DNA of 64,000 nucleotides from Alistipes sp. (GCA_045613645.1 JAZLBJ010000021.1:10020-74019); one strand, 5' to 3'. Shown: positions 25,409-35,680, counted from the stretch's first letter. The notes: a model not told the origin generated them from the sequence alone. Numbers and translations are program-made.

Positions 25409-27754
25409 ATGACAAAGATTCTTAAAATTCGCGACCTCACCTTGCGTGATGGTCAGCAGTCATCGTTTGCAACACGAATGACACAGCAGCAGGTAGACCG
25501 TTGTCTTCCTTACTACAAGGATGCAGGTTTCTACGCTATGGAGGTATGGGGCGGTGCAGTGCCCGACTCTGTTATGCGCTACCTCAACGAGAACCCATGG
25601 ACACGCCTTGAGACCATCAAGCGCGCAGTGGGTGATGTGTCAAAGCTCACAGCATTGTCGCGTGGTCGTAACCTCTTTGGTTATGCTCCTTACACCGACG
25701 AGATTATCGACGGTTTCTCACGCAATGCCATCGAGAGCGGTTTGGGTATCATGCGTATATTCGACGCGTTGAACGATGTTGACAATGTTAAGTCTACAAT
25801 CAAGTATATCAAGCAGTATGGCGGTATCGCTGACTGCGCTGTATGTTACACTGTAGATCCTAAGTATTCGGATGGCGAGGAGCACGACAAAGTGTTTACC
25901 GATGAGTACTTCTTGGATAAGGCTCGCCAGATGGCAGAGCTTGGTGCCGACATGATTACCATCAAGGATATGTCGGGTTTGATTCCTCCCGCACGCGTTG
26001 CTGGTCTTATCAAGTTGCTCAAGAGCGAGCTCGGCGTAACCGTTGACTTCCACACACACTGTACCCCAGGTTATGGTCTTGGTTCGGTATATGCAGCTAT
26101 CGTAGCTGGTGTTGACATCGTCGACACTAACTGCTGGTGGTTTGGTGGTGGCACAGGTGCACCTGCAGTAGAGCTTGTATACCTCTTCTGTAAGAAGTTG
26201 GGCATAGAGCTTGGTGCTAACATGGAGGCTGTAGCGAAGATTAATGTAGAGCTTAAGGACATCCGCAAGGAGCTCGAGCTATCGGTATTTGGTGCCGAGA
26301 AGCCACTTCCAAAGCCATTCAACCCACTTACCGACGAGACACCTGCTGAGGTTGACGCATTGCTCGACCGTTGCGTGAAGGCAGCACAGGAGGAGAACTG
26401 GGATGAGCTTCTCGTAGCATCACAGGCTATCGAGGCTTACTTCGGTTTCCCAGCACCTAACAAGCTCGTTCAGGATGCCGAGATTCCTGGTGGTATGTAC
26501 TCTAACATGGTGGCTCAGCTCAAGCAGCTCGGCGCTGAGGATATCCTCCCACGCGCTATGGAGCTTATCCCTCCAGTGCGTTTGGCAGCAGGTCTTCCAC
26601 CACTCGTAACTCCAACATCGCAGATTGTAGGTGCTCAGGCAGTGAACTGCGCTATGGACGAGAAGGCTGGTCGTGCTATGTACACCAACAAGTCGGCTCA
26701 GTTTGTGGGCTTGGTTAAGGGTGACTACGGTCGCACTCCTGTTAAGATTTCAGAGGACTTCCGCGAGAAGATTTGTGGCTTCCGCGAGGAGCGTCCATAC
26801 GATACATCGAAGTATCAGAAGCAGCCTAATCCTGTATTGGAGAAGGCTGGTGGCGTTCTCTTGGCTGAGAACGAGAAGGAGGAGCTCTTGTTGGAGTTGT
26901 TCCCATTGGTAGCCAAGGCATACCTCACAGGTGTCAAGGAGGCTGCATATGCTGAGAAGGTTGCTGCCGACCCATCACTCAAGAAGGAGGAGGTAGTAGA
27001 GCTTCAGCCTATCACTGGCGACACTATCGTTGCTCCACTTCCAGGCCGTGTTATCGAGCTTAAGGTTAAGGTGGGCGACATGGTTGCTGTAGGTCAGGAG
27101 GTTGCTATCCTCGAGGCTATGAAGATGGAGGACTCTATCACCTCGGACTACGCTGGTCGCGTTAAGCAGATCATCGTTAAGGAGGGTGACACAGTACAGG
27201 CTGAGGGCGTTATCATCGAGATTGAGAGCGCTAAAGCAGGTGCCGCTGCAGGTGGCAAGCGTCCAGTGACTGGCAAGGCTGTGACTGCTCCACTCCCAGG
27301 CCGTGTTATCGAGCTCAAGGTTAAGGTGGGTGACAAGGTAGCTGCTGGCCAGGAGGTTATGATTCTTGAGGCTATGAAGATGGAGAACTCTATCACTACC
27401 GACCACGCTGGCTTCGTGAAGCAGATTTTGGTTGCCGAGGGCGAGACCGTAGCTGCTGATGCTATCCTTATCGAGGTTGCTGACTCTATGGATGAGGCAG
27501 CTGAGGAGGCAACTGCAGAGCGCAAGGTTACAGCTGCTGATGGCAAGACTGTTAACGCTCCACTTCCAGGTCGCGTTATCGAGATTAAGGTTAAGGCTGG
27601 TGACACTGTGACCATGGGTCAGGAGGTCATGATTCTTGAGGCTATGAAGATGGAGAACTCAATATCTTCGGACTACGCAGGTAAGGTTCTTGGTCTGTTG
27701 GTTGCTGAGGGTGACACCGTAGCTGCTGACCAGCCTCTTGTAGTTATCGAGTAA
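25409..27754 (+). CDS. Pyruvate/oxaloacetate carboxyltransferase (OadA/PycB-like) with three biotinyl domains
   Basis: LRDGQQS, EVWGGA, RIFDALND, IKDMSG, HTHCT, IPGGMYSN, LVTPTSQIVG; three EAMKME motifs. -7 box TACATTTG at 25324. Confidence 0.93.
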   Translation: MTKILKIRDLTLRDGQQSSFATRMTQQQVDRCLPYYKDAGFYAMEVWGGAVPDSVMRYLNENPWTRLETIKRAVGDVSKLTALSRGRNLFGYAPYTDEIIDGFSRNAIESGLGIMRIFDALNDVDNVKSTIKYIKQYGGIADCAVCYTVDPKYSDGEEHDKVFTDEYFLDKARQMAELGADMITIKDMSGLIPPARVAGLIKLLKSELGVTVDFHTHCTPGYGLGSVYAAIVAGVDIVDTNCWWFGGGTGAPAVELVYLFCKKLGIELGANMEAVAKINVELKDIRKELELSVFGAEKPLPKPFNPLTDETPAEVDALLDRCVKAAQEENWDELLVASQAIEAYFGFPAPNKLVQDAEIPGGMYSNMVAQLKQLGAEDILPRAMELIPPVRLAAGLPPLVTPTSQIVGAQAVNCAMDEKAGRAMYTNKSAQFVGLVKGDYGRTPVKISEDFREKICGFREERPYDTSKYQKQPNPVLEKAGGVLLAENEKEELLLELFPLVAKAYLTGVKEAAYAEKVAADPSLKKEEVVELQPITGDTIVAPLPGRVIELKVKVGDMVAVGQEVAILEAMKMEDSITSDYAGRVKQIIVKEGDTVQAEGVIIEIESAKAGAAAGGKRPVTGKAVTAPLPGRVIELKVKVGDKVAAGQEVMILEAMKMENSITTDHAGFVKQILVAEGETVAADAILIEVADSMDEAAEEATAERKVTAADGKTVNAPLPGRVIEIKVKAGDTVTMGQEVMILEAMKMENSISSDYAGKVLGLLVAEGDTVAADQPLVVIE

Positions 27755-27785
27755 CAATCGTAGCGCCTTGGCGCACGACACATAT

Positions 27786-27819
27786 AAGACCACTCAGGGC
27801 TAAGGCCTTGGGTGGTTTT
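27786..27819 (+). terminator. Intrinsic terminator
   Basis: ACCACTCAGGG...CCTTGGGTGGT stem followed by TTT. Confidence 0.7.
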
Positions 27820-27928
27820 GTGTTAAATATGGCGAGGTAAGAGGGTGTTATGTCGCCTTCCTACACCTTAACCCCTCACTTGTTAAAAAAAAGCACTATC
27901 TTTGCACTGCGTAAACCAAACATGAACC

Positions 27929-28372
27929 ATGGAGGAACTACTCGACTACGGCTACATAGGGCTATTCTTAGGCTCATTCTTGGCGGCAACAATCTTTCCG
28001 CTAAGTTCCGATGTGCTCTTCGTGGGTATGCTTATGTCAGGCGGCGATGTAGTCACCACCATTATAGTTGCTACCCTTGGCAACTGGCTTGGAGGCCTCA
28101 CCGGCTACTGGCTGGGCTGGCTCGGCAAGTTAGAGTGGCTGGAACGATGGTTTAGGGTTAAACCCGAGACCATCGAGCGCCACAAGGCTAAGGTCGAAAG
28201 GTGGGGCGTATGGCTGGCTCTACTCACCTGGCTACCCATCGTGGGCGACATCTTCGCCATCGTCTTGGGCTTCTATAAGGTGAGATTTCTCCCCGCAGCG
28301 CTATGGATGCTTGTGGGCAAGTGTGGTCGTTTTGTCATATGGGCTTTGCTAAAGCTCTACATAATGGGTTAA
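27929..28372 (+). CDS. YqaA/DedA family membrane protein
   Basis: FLAATIFPLSSD, GNWLGG, WLPIVGD, GKCGRF. Confidence 0.88.
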   Translation: MEELLDYGYIGLFLGSFLAATIFPLSSDVLFVGMLMSGGDVVTTIIVATLGNWLGGLTGYWLGWLGKLEWLERWFRVKPETIERHKAKVERWGVWLALLTWLPIVGDIFAIVLGFYKVRFLPAALWMLVGKCGRFVIWALLKLYIMG

Positions 28373-28500
28373 CCGCCACATATTCTTGGTGATTATAGTA
28401 TTGACTATTCAACATTTTTTTGTATATTTGCGAGTCGCATGCCCTTATAGAGCATATGACCAGAAAATGTCATACATAAACGAAACAAAATAGCAAAACT

Positions 28501-29889
28501 ATGAAACGAATCCTTACCCTCGCCTTAGGTCTAATGGCCGTAGGCACACTCAGCGCACAGCAGGACAAGGGCGGCATCACCGAGGAGATGATGCAGGAGA
28601 TACGCCTTGGCAACACCAACAGTCAGGCCGAGAAGGCTGCACGCAACGCCTTGGCTCTAAACCCAATCACAGAGCTCGCAACCGATGCCGACAACCTTGC
28701 AATGATTGACACCCACTTCTCACACCGCGTGAAGACCAAGGGCGTGACAGACCAGCATCAGTCGGGTCGCTGCTGGATGTTTACTGGTCTCAATGTGTTG
28801 CGCGCACAGATGATTGAGGAGCAGGGCTTGGATAAGCTTGTGTTCTCACACAACTACCTCTTCTTCTACGACCAGTTGGAGAAGTCGAACCTCTTCCTTC
28901 AGGCTGTTATCGACACTAAGCATCTACCTATGGATGACCGTCAGGTAGAGTGGTTGTTCAAGAACCCACTCAGCGATGGTGGTCAGTACACTGGTGTGTC
29001 TAACCTTATCATGAAGTATGGCGTAGTGCCAACAGAGGTTATGCCAGAGAACTATCAGTCGAACAACACTTCGCAGTTCTCGGCGCTACTCTCACAGAAG
29101 CTACGCGAGTATGGTCTCAAGCTACGCGCACAGAAGGATCGTCGTGCACCAGCTGCCATGAAGGTGGAGATGCTTAAGGAGATATACTCTATGCTTGTTC
29201 GCGCCTATGGTGTACCACCAACCGAGTTCGAGTGGACACGCTGCGACAAGGATGGCAACATTGTGGAGACCAAGAAGTACACACCTAAGTCGTTCTATGC
29301 CGAGTACTTCGGCGACTTGGACCTTGAGAAGGACTTTGTGATGGTGATGAACGACCCATCACGCGAGTACTACAAGGTATATGAGATTGAGTATGACCGC
29401 CATGTCTATGACGGTGACAACTGGCTATACCTAAACCTCCCTATCGACGAGGTTAAGGCTTTGGCAATAGCATCAATCAAGGATAACAGAGCTATGTACT
29501 TCTCATGCGATGTAGGCAAGTTCCTCCTCTCTAAGAAGGGCACACTCGACATCAATAACTTCGACTATGAGTCGTTGATGGGCGTTGAGTTCCCAATGAA
29601 CAAGGAGGAGCGCGTGCGCTCGTTCGCAAGTGGTTCTTCACACGCCATGACACTTATCGCTGTAGACCTCGACGAGGAGGGCAATCCTAAGAAGTGGATG
29701 GTGGAGAATAGCTGGGGTCCTGAGGCTGGATGGCAGGGTAACCTCATCATGACAGACGAGTGGTTCGAGGAGTATATGTTCCGCGTGGTTGTAAACAAGA
29801 AATACATCCCAGCTAAGACCCTCAAACTATTGGAGCAGAAGCCTGTGATGCTTCCATCATGGGATCCTATGTTCGCACCTGAGATGTAG
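28501..29889 (+). CDS. pepC: Secreted C1B cysteine aminopeptidase (bleomycin hydrolase-like)
   Basis: QHQSGRCWMF (Cys), SSHAM (His), VENSWG (Asn), WDPM C-terminus; signal peptide. Confidence 0.92.
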   Translation: MKRILTLALGLMAVGTLSAQQDKGGITEEMMQEIRLGNTNSQAEKAARNALALNPITELATDADNLAMIDTHFSHRVKTKGVTDQHQSGRCWMFTGLNVLRAQMIEEQGLDKLVFSHNYLFFYDQLEKSNLFLQAVIDTKHLPMDDRQVEWLFKNPLSDGGQYTGVSNLIMKYGVVPTEVMPENYQSNNTSQFSALLSQKLREYGLKLRAQKDRRAPAAMKVEMLKEIYSMLVRAYGVPPTEFEWTRCDKDGNIVETKKYTPKSFYAEYFGDLDLEKDFVMVMNDPSREYYKVYEIEYDRHVYDGDNWLYLNLPIDEVKALAIASIKDNRAMYFSCDVGKFLLSKKGTLDINNFDYESLMGVEFPMNKEERVRSFASGSSHAMTLIAVDLDEEGNPKKWMVENSWGPEAGWQGNLIMTDEWFEEYMFRVVVNKKYIPAKTLKLLEQKPVMLPSWDPMFAPEM

Positions 29890-29893
29890 GAGC

Positions 29894-30376
29894 ATGGCCC
29901 AAGAGATAGAGCGTAAATACATGGTTGTGGGCGAGTATAAACACCTCGCCCACAGCTCTATACATATGATACAGGGCTACATAGCTTCGGGTCGTCGCAC
30001 GGTGCGCGTGCGCATCACCGATCAAAAAGCGTGGCTCACAATCAAGGGACCATCACGCGATGGTGGACTCTCGCGATATGAGTGGGAAAAGGAGATTGAC
30101 GCAGGCGAGGCTATGGAACTCATGCAGCTTGCCGAGGGCGGTGTGATAGAGAAAATACGCCACATCGTTGAGTACGAAGGCCACACATTCGAGGTCGACG
30201 AGTTCATGGGCAACAATCAAGGCTTGATTATTGCTGAGGTAGAGCTTCATAGCTGCGACGAGCAGGTGGCACTACCCCACTGGATAGGTCGCGAACTCAC
30301 GGGCCAGAGGCGTTTCTACAACTCACACCTTCGTACCCACCCCTATTGCGAGTGGAGCGAGGAGGAGAGAAATTAA
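29894..30376 (+). CDS. CYTH domain protein
   Basis: EIERKY, VRVR, LTIKG, FEVDEF, AEVEL. Confidence 0.92.
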   Translation: MAQEIERKYMVVGEYKHLAHSSIHMIQGYIASGRRTVRVRITDQKAWLTIKGPSRDGGLSRYEWEKEIDAGEAMELMQLAEGGVIEKIRHIVEYEGHTFEVDEFMGNNQGLIIAEVELHSCDEQVALPHWIGRELTGQRRFYNSHLRTHPYCEWSEEERN

Positions 30377-30435
30377 GAATTAGTAGCGAGTCATTAGTAG
30401 CGTATAACTAATAATCAATAGACATCTAAAGTCAT

Positions 30436-31389
30436 ATGACTAACGATAAAAATCCTGAGAAAAGCCTTAGCTTTTGGCAGAGAGTGGGTCTTGAGATGCT
30501 GTGGGGCATAAGCCGTGGTATACATCACATGCCACGATGGCTTAGATACCCTATCTTCAAGCCTCTCATATACTGCCTATTGCTACTTACGCGCTATCGT
30601 ATGAAGATGATTAAACGCAACCTTTCGCGATGCTTCCCCGACATGAGCGAGAAGGAGCGTAAGAGACTCGCACGACGCTACTACAAGATACTTGCAGAGA
30701 TTATTGTCGACACAATATCGCTTGCTGGAGCCACCAAGGAGCATATGGGCGATGTGGCCAACTGGGTCAATAGAGAGGAGCATCTCAAGCGCACGGAGGG
30801 CAAAGACTGGGTTGGTATGTGCACACACTTCGGTTGCTGGGAGTACTATCTACTATGGTGCTGGCAAGACCCCAACATACATTTTATGGGCGTTTACCAC
30901 ACTTTGCGTAGCGATGTATTTGAGTGTTACTATCGCCGACTGCGCCAATTCTCGCCACACATTCATCAGATACCAATGCAGGATACCGTACGCTTCTATT
31001 TGCGTAACCGTGGCAAGTACAACATATTAGTGGGACTTATCTCTGACCAGAGCCCTAACCTGAGTGTCGACACCGAGTGGTACGACTTCTTCGGTCAACC
31101 AACGGCCTTCATCGAGGGTGGTGCTCACATTGCCATCAAGTTCTCGTTGCCCATATACTTCATCAATGTACGCCGCTGCGGTGTAGGCAAGTATGAGTAT
31201 CGCTTCGATGAGATTTGGGATGGCAAAGAGGAAGTTGATGTTAAGGAGATTATACGACGCTATGGCGCGATGTTGGAGGCCATGATTAAGGAGTCGCCAG
31301 AGCTATGGTTGTGGTCACACAACAGATGGAGACACACACCCGAGAAGCAAGAAAAGCTGCGCGAGGAGGTTAAAAAAAGAACCTCTTAG
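30436..31389 (+). CDS. Lipid A late acyltransferase (LpxL/HtrB family)
   Basis: HFGCWE, ISDQSP, FFGQPT, PELWLWSHNRW. Confidence 0.88.
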   Translation: MTNDKNPEKSLSFWQRVGLEMLWGISRGIHHMPRWLRYPIFKPLIYCLLLLTRYRMKMIKRNLSRCFPDMSEKERKRLARRYYKILAEIIVDTISLAGATKEHMGDVANWVNREEHLKRTEGKDWVGMCTHFGCWEYYLLWCWQDPNIHFMGVYHTLRSDVFECYYRRLRQFSPHIHQIPMQDTVRFYLRNRGKYNILVGLISDQSPNLSVDTEWYDFFGQPTAFIEGGAHIAIKFSLPIYFINVRRCGVGKYEYRFDEIWDGKEEVDVKEIIRRYGAMLEAMIKESPELWLWSHNRWRHTPEKQEKLREEVKKRTS

Positions 31390-31450
31390 TTGGTTATTCA
31401 TTTTTTTTGATTATCTTTGCACGATTAAAGAGTTTATATAGGCAAACTGA

Positions 31451-32329
31451 ATGGATATAGTCATCACATACGTCAATGGTCAAGACCCCGTATGGCAGAA
31501 GGAGTATGAGCGTTTTGCTGGTGCTCCCATTGAGATGAAGAGGTTCCGCGATTGGGGAACCTTGCGTTACCTCATGCGTGGTATTGAGGTGAATATGCCT
31601 TTCATTAGAAAGGTACACCTTGTCGTATCTGGTGAGAGTCAGGTGCCAGAGTGGGTAAACCGCAACGAAGTGAATGTAGTGCTACACAAGGATATCATCC
31701 CTGAGGAGTGCCTACCAACCTTCAATTGCAACCCTATTGAGACCCACCTTCAGTTCATCAAGGGCATCGACGAGGAGTATCTATATTTCAACGACGATAT
31801 CTTCCCTATCGGTCCATGCAAGCCTGAGGAGTTCTTCGTAAATGGCAAGGGCATCATAGGCATCAGCAGACACTTCTTGGCAACCAACATGTTCAAGAAG
31901 ATTTGTCGCAACTCCGACCGTATGGCACGCAAGGCATTGGGGCTCAAGCCATCGTGGTGTTTCATGCGACAGCAGCATATCTGCACTCCAATGCTTCGTA
32001 GCCAGTGCGAGGAGGTCTACAACAAGCTACGCACCGAGATTCTTGGTTCACTAACACGGGTTCGTTCGGCCGAGAATATCAATCAGTATATCTTCACCGA
32101 CTATATGTATCTCAAGGGTCGCATCATAAACAAGCGACAGAAGAAGAGCCATATATCTGTAGGTATTACGACAAAGAGTAAGTTAGAGGAGGCTATCGCC
32201 AATCCAAAGCGCCGTCTTGTATGCATCAACGATGTTCAGATGAGCGATGCTCGTTTCGAAGAGATGCAGGAGGTACTGCTAAACAGCCTCGAGAAACGCT
32301 TCCCCAATAAGTCGAAGTACGAGAAGTAG
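31451..32329 (+). CDS. Stealth family sugar-1-phosphate transferase
   Basis: CR1 DIVITYVNG, CR2 RFRDWGTLRYLMR...PTFN...YFNDD, CR4 CIND...FPNKSKYE. Confidence 0.9.
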   Translation: MDIVITYVNGQDPVWQKEYERFAGAPIEMKRFRDWGTLRYLMRGIEVNMPFIRKVHLVVSGESQVPEWVNRNEVNVVLHKDIIPEECLPTFNCNPIETHLQFIKGIDEEYLYFNDDIFPIGPCKPEEFFVNGKGIIGISRHFLATNMFKKICRNSDRMARKALGLKPSWCFMRQQHICTPMLRSQCEEVYNKLRTEILGSLTRVRSAENINQYIFTDYMYLKGRIINKRQKKSHISVGITTKSKLEEAIANPKRRLVCINDVQMSDARFEEMQEVLLNSLEKRFPNKSKYEK

Positions 32330-32348
32330 CAGATAGTATTAGCAATAT

Positions 32349-32451
32349 AGAGCGCCGATGGCGCTCTTTTGTTTATAATCAGTTTATCAGCATATCGGCT
32401 AATAGCTTCACCTCCCCCTCTAAATAAAAAGAGCGTCTTATGACGCTCTTT
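32349..32451. terminator. Two terminators between convergent Stealth and GT2 genes
   Basis: AGAGCGCC-GAT-GGCGCTCT-TTT (+) and AAAAAGAGCGTC-TTAT-GACGCTCTTT (-). Confidence 0.75.
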
Positions 32452-32453
32452 AA

Positions 32454-33398
32454 CTATCTCTTAAACCATGCTACAACCTTAGTGAGTAGCTGGGCTGCGA
32501 GTGGCACATCTGAGCCACCACACCTTATCTTTGCCCCACACACCGCCTTGGCTAACCAGGGATACTCCTTAAAGAGGTCGAGGCGATAGAATATAGAGTA
32601 CCACCCCGCCTGCATGAGTATATCGTCGAAGATACACTCCACGGGGTTTTGTCCCTTGGGCACATCCTTATACTTGAGGTATAGGTCAATAAAGTTTAGT
32701 GCATACTCTCTCTTACGCTTATGACGCTGCTGACGGGTGATGGCATTGGGATTACCCTTACGGTAGTGGTATAGATGCTCGTCAAGGTAGGCAATACGCT
32801 TAGAGTAACCCACAAGCTGTGTTGTCACATAGCAGTCCTCGGCATAGCTATACTTAGGCGTATATATCGTATTCTCGGTGTACAGCGAGTGACGGAAGCA
32901 CTTGTTCCACACGCTGGCGTAGGAGCGATGGTTATACATATTACGCACATAGTCGCTCTGCGCATCCTCGGCATATAATCTATCACGCTTAGGTTTCGAG
33001 TGCTGAGGGTACTCCTTAAAGAGGTTGAAGTAGACAACATCGGCATCTGTCTCAGCTATCTTAGCCGCAATCTTGGCTACGGCATCACACTCCACCCAGT
33101 CGTCGGAGTCTACATGGAATACATAGTCGCCCGTAACATGCTCCAAGCCCGTCTTGCGTGCTGCGGGAAGACCGCCATTGGCCTTATGCACAATCTTGAT
33201 GCGAGGCTTGAGGTGACTATACTTACTCTCTATGACACCCTCAAGAATCTCAATCGAGCGATCCTTGGTGCCATCGTTAACAAATATATACTCTATATGT
33301 GGATAGGACTGTGAGAGTACCGACTCGGCAAACTCAGCAATGTAGTTCTCCACACCATAGATGGGTGCTATTATAGATATGGTTATAGGTCTTGACAT
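32454..33398 (-). CDS. Glycosyltransferase family 2
   Basis: SIIAPIYGVE, VNDGTKD, NGGLPAARKTG, VDSDD, AED. Confidence 0.92.
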   Translation of the reverse strand: MSRPITISIIAPIYGVENYIAEFAESVLSQSYPHIEYIFVNDGTKDRSIEILEGVIESKYSHLKPRIKIVHKANGGLPAARKTGLEHVTGDYVFHVDSDDWVECDAVAKIAAKIAETDADVVYFNLFKEYPQHSKPKRDRLYAEDAQSDYVRNMYNHRSYASVWNKCFRHSLYTENTIYTPKYSYAEDCYVTTQLVGYSKRIAYLDEHLYHYRKGNPNAITRQQRHKRKREYALNFIDLYLKYKDVPKGQNPVECIFDDILMQAGWYSIFYRLDLFKEYPWLAKAVCGAKIRCGGSDVPLAAQLLTKVVAWFKR

Positions 33399-33406
33399 AA
33401 AACTTA

Positions 33407-33631
33407 CTATTTGAAACTATAGCCTCCGCTTACCTCTATAACAGAACCATTGACAAAGGCGTTGACATACTCTATATCACTACACAACGACTAATATATA
33501 TCCTTAGTTGTATATCTTGGCAATATTACTAAGTAGCCTGACAAGTTTAAGTTGGTTTCTCCTAAGTTTAGAGCCATCAAGGTTATATCACACTCCTTGA
33601 GAGCCTTGGCATCAATAGTTGTGTTACTTAT
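33407..33631 (-). pseudogene. Possible SDR oxidoreductase C-terminal remnant
   Basis: Frame reads ...DITLMALNLGETN...TTKDIY*SLCSDIEYVNAFVNGSVIEVSGGYSFK*; the end resembles the SDR C-terminal NGxxIxVxGG; one internal stop. Confidence 0.45.
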
Positions 33632-33632
33632 C

Positions 33633-34466
33633 TTAATCCCCATTGTCGCTTGGGAACATCTCTTTTATATAGTCGGGATTGTGGATAGTCTTTCGTATCT
33701 GCTCATCAGTAGGTAGCTTGCGCCAGTCGCCATACACTCGCGTGAGGTAGGCATCCATATTGTGAGGCACAGGAAACTCCTCATCCTCAAAGCGCGCAGT
33801 GCTAAGCGGGAAGATATCCTTCACAAAGAAGGTGCTACGACTAAAGCCCGTACCCAACAGATAGTGATACTCTCCCTTAGGGTTGATAAGACCAATGAGA
33901 CGCAATAGCGGTATGATTATAGCATAGCATAACACCTTGATAATAAAAATCAAAGGTCTGCGCAACCACGCCCATCGTACATACGAGGTTAGATGCTGCA
34001 GATTGTTGCATATAACGCTCGATGCTCGTGCCGAGAAGTAGTTGGTTTTCTCAATGGTGAAGATGTCGATAAAGTGACCACGCCACTTGTAAAATTTACC
34101 ACGGCGATGACCACCCTCGACCTCTCCCTTACGCTTGCGGAACTTGGCAAAGGCGTAGACATAGTCAATGTCGGTGTACATGGAGTGGAGGACAAACTCC
34201 TCGTCCTGCATATTACGCAAAACCCTATCAAGACGCTTGTAATCTTGGTATAACATCGTCACATCGAGGTCATCGTCCCATGGTATGAAGCCCTGGTGAC
34301 GCGCTGCTCCAAGAAGCGTTCCCGAGCTCAGCCACCACTTGATGTTATGCTCCTTGCATATCTTTGCAAATATCTTAAGCATACGCAACATCTCGAGCTG
34401 ATCAGCTCTTAACTTTGAACCATCGGGATTATACTTAGCTCTGAGTGCCTCGTGATCTATAGCCAT
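33633..34466 (-). CDS. licD: LicD family phosphotransferase
   Basis: GTLLGAARHQGFIPWDDDLD, IDIF, YLTRVYGDW. Confidence 0.92.
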   Translation of the reverse strand: MAIDHEALRAKYNPDGSKLRADQLEMLRMLKIFAKICKEHNIKWWLSSGTLLGAARHQGFIPWDDDLDVTMLYQDYKRLDRVLRNMQDEEFVLHSMYTDIDYVYAFAKFRKRKGEVEGGHRRGKFYKWRGHFIDIFTIEKTNYFSARASSVICNNLQHLTSYVRWAWLRRPLIFIIKVLCYAIIIPLLRLIGLINPKGEYHYLLGTGFSRSTFFVKDIFPLSTARFEDEEFPVPHNMDAYLTRVYGDWRKLPTDEQIRKTIHNPDYIKEMFPSDNGD

Positions 34467-34578
34467 AAATAGTCTTTGGAGATGTTAAATTATCAAGCAA
34501 ATTTAGGTATTTTTTTGTAATAAAACAAATATCCACAAAGCAAAGTATTCGAGGTGGCAGGATTGAAGATAAAAGAGA

Positions 34579-34623
34579 GAGCCTCGAATGGGAAACTTTG
34601 CAAATATTATCCCATTCGAGGCT
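34579..34623 (-). terminator. Terminator after the nucleotidyltransferase gene
   Basis: AGCCTCGAATGGGA...TCCCATTCGAGGCT stem. Confidence 0.65.
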
Positions 34624-34650
34624 ATTACTCATGCACAGCTAAGCCACAAA

Positions 34651-35559
34651 CTATGCCCAGAGCTGACGAGGGTAGACACCCGCCTCGATAAGCTCCTCAA
34701 TCTTGGCCATAAGCTGAGGCTTATCCTCCTTGTAAGTTACGCCAAACCAATTAGATGTAGTTGAGAGCACTCGCATTGTTGCAGTGCCATCGGTGATAAC
34801 CTTATTAACCATGAGAGGAATGAAGAACTCAGACTTGAGGTTGTCGATATTTGCCTTAAGGAACTCGGTGAAGAATGCCTTAGAGTGGCGGAAATAGTCA
34901 GGGGTAAAGCCGAATAGATTCATTGACACAGGGGTGTTCTCAGCAAGAGCCTCATCGTCACCATTATCGTGGAATACGATGATACCATTCACACGCTCAA
35001 TCTTGGTACGCTCGACCATAGAGGTAAGATTACCATCAGCATCTACGGTGCATACGCCACGCGATACGGTGCCATTCTCCGAGAGAGTCTTGCACACCTC
35101 ATAACCCACCATACAATACTTACCCTCAGAGCCCTCAAGGCTTGAGAGGTAGTTACCTATAACCACATAAGAATCACGACCATAGAAGTCGTCGGCATTG
35201 ATAACCGCAAATGGTTCGTTGATAACCTCGGCGGCCATCATCACAGCGTGGTTTGTACCCCAAGGCTTAACACGCTCAGCAGGTAAAGTGAAGCCCTCAG
35301 GGAGATAGTCGAGTTCCTGATATACATAGACAACCTCTATCTTATTACCGAATCGCTCGGCATTGAACACCTCGGCAAACTCCTCGGCAAAAGAGTGGCG
35401 AATGACAAAAACCACCTTGCCGAAACCGGCACGAATAGCATCGTACACCGAGTAGTCGATGATAGCCTCGCCATTAGGACCTACGCCGTCCATCTGCTTG
35501 AGTGAGCCATAGCGTGAGCCCATGCCAGCAGCCAATACTAAAAGAGTTGGTTTAACCAT
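34651..35559 (-). CDS. Sugar-phosphate nucleotidyltransferase
   Basis: LAAGMGSRYGSLKQ, KPWGT, INADDFYG, WFGVTY. Start at MVKPTL, downstream of a TACCTTTG box (35592-35599). Confidence 0.9.
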   Translation of the reverse strand: MVKPTLLVLAAGMGSRYGSLKQMDGVGPNGEAIIDYSVYDAIRAGFGKVVFVIRHSFAEEFAEVFNAERFGNKIEVVYVYQELDYLPEGFTLPAERVKPWGTNHAVMMAAEVINEPFAVINADDFYGRDSYVVIGNYLSSLEGSEGKYCMVGYEVCKTLSENGTVSRGVCTVDADGNLTSMVERTKIERVNGIIVFHDNGDDEALAENTPVSMNLFGFTPDYFRHSKAFFTEFLKANIDNLKSEFFIPLMVNKVITDGTATMRVLSTTSNWFGVTYKEDKPQLMAKIEELIEAGVYPRQLWA

Positions 35560-35680
35560 AGTAGTTGTATTAAAATTAACTTTTTGTGCCACAAAGGTAA
35601 AAAAGTTATGTTCAAATAGCAAACTATCCCGCCATTTTGTTATCTTTGCACGATATATATAAATCTAACGATTTAGAATT

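Noticed and set aside
33491-33493. In-frame TAG as stop-codon recoding
   Set aside because: Many intact genes in the window end with TAG; pseudogenisation is the simpler explanation.
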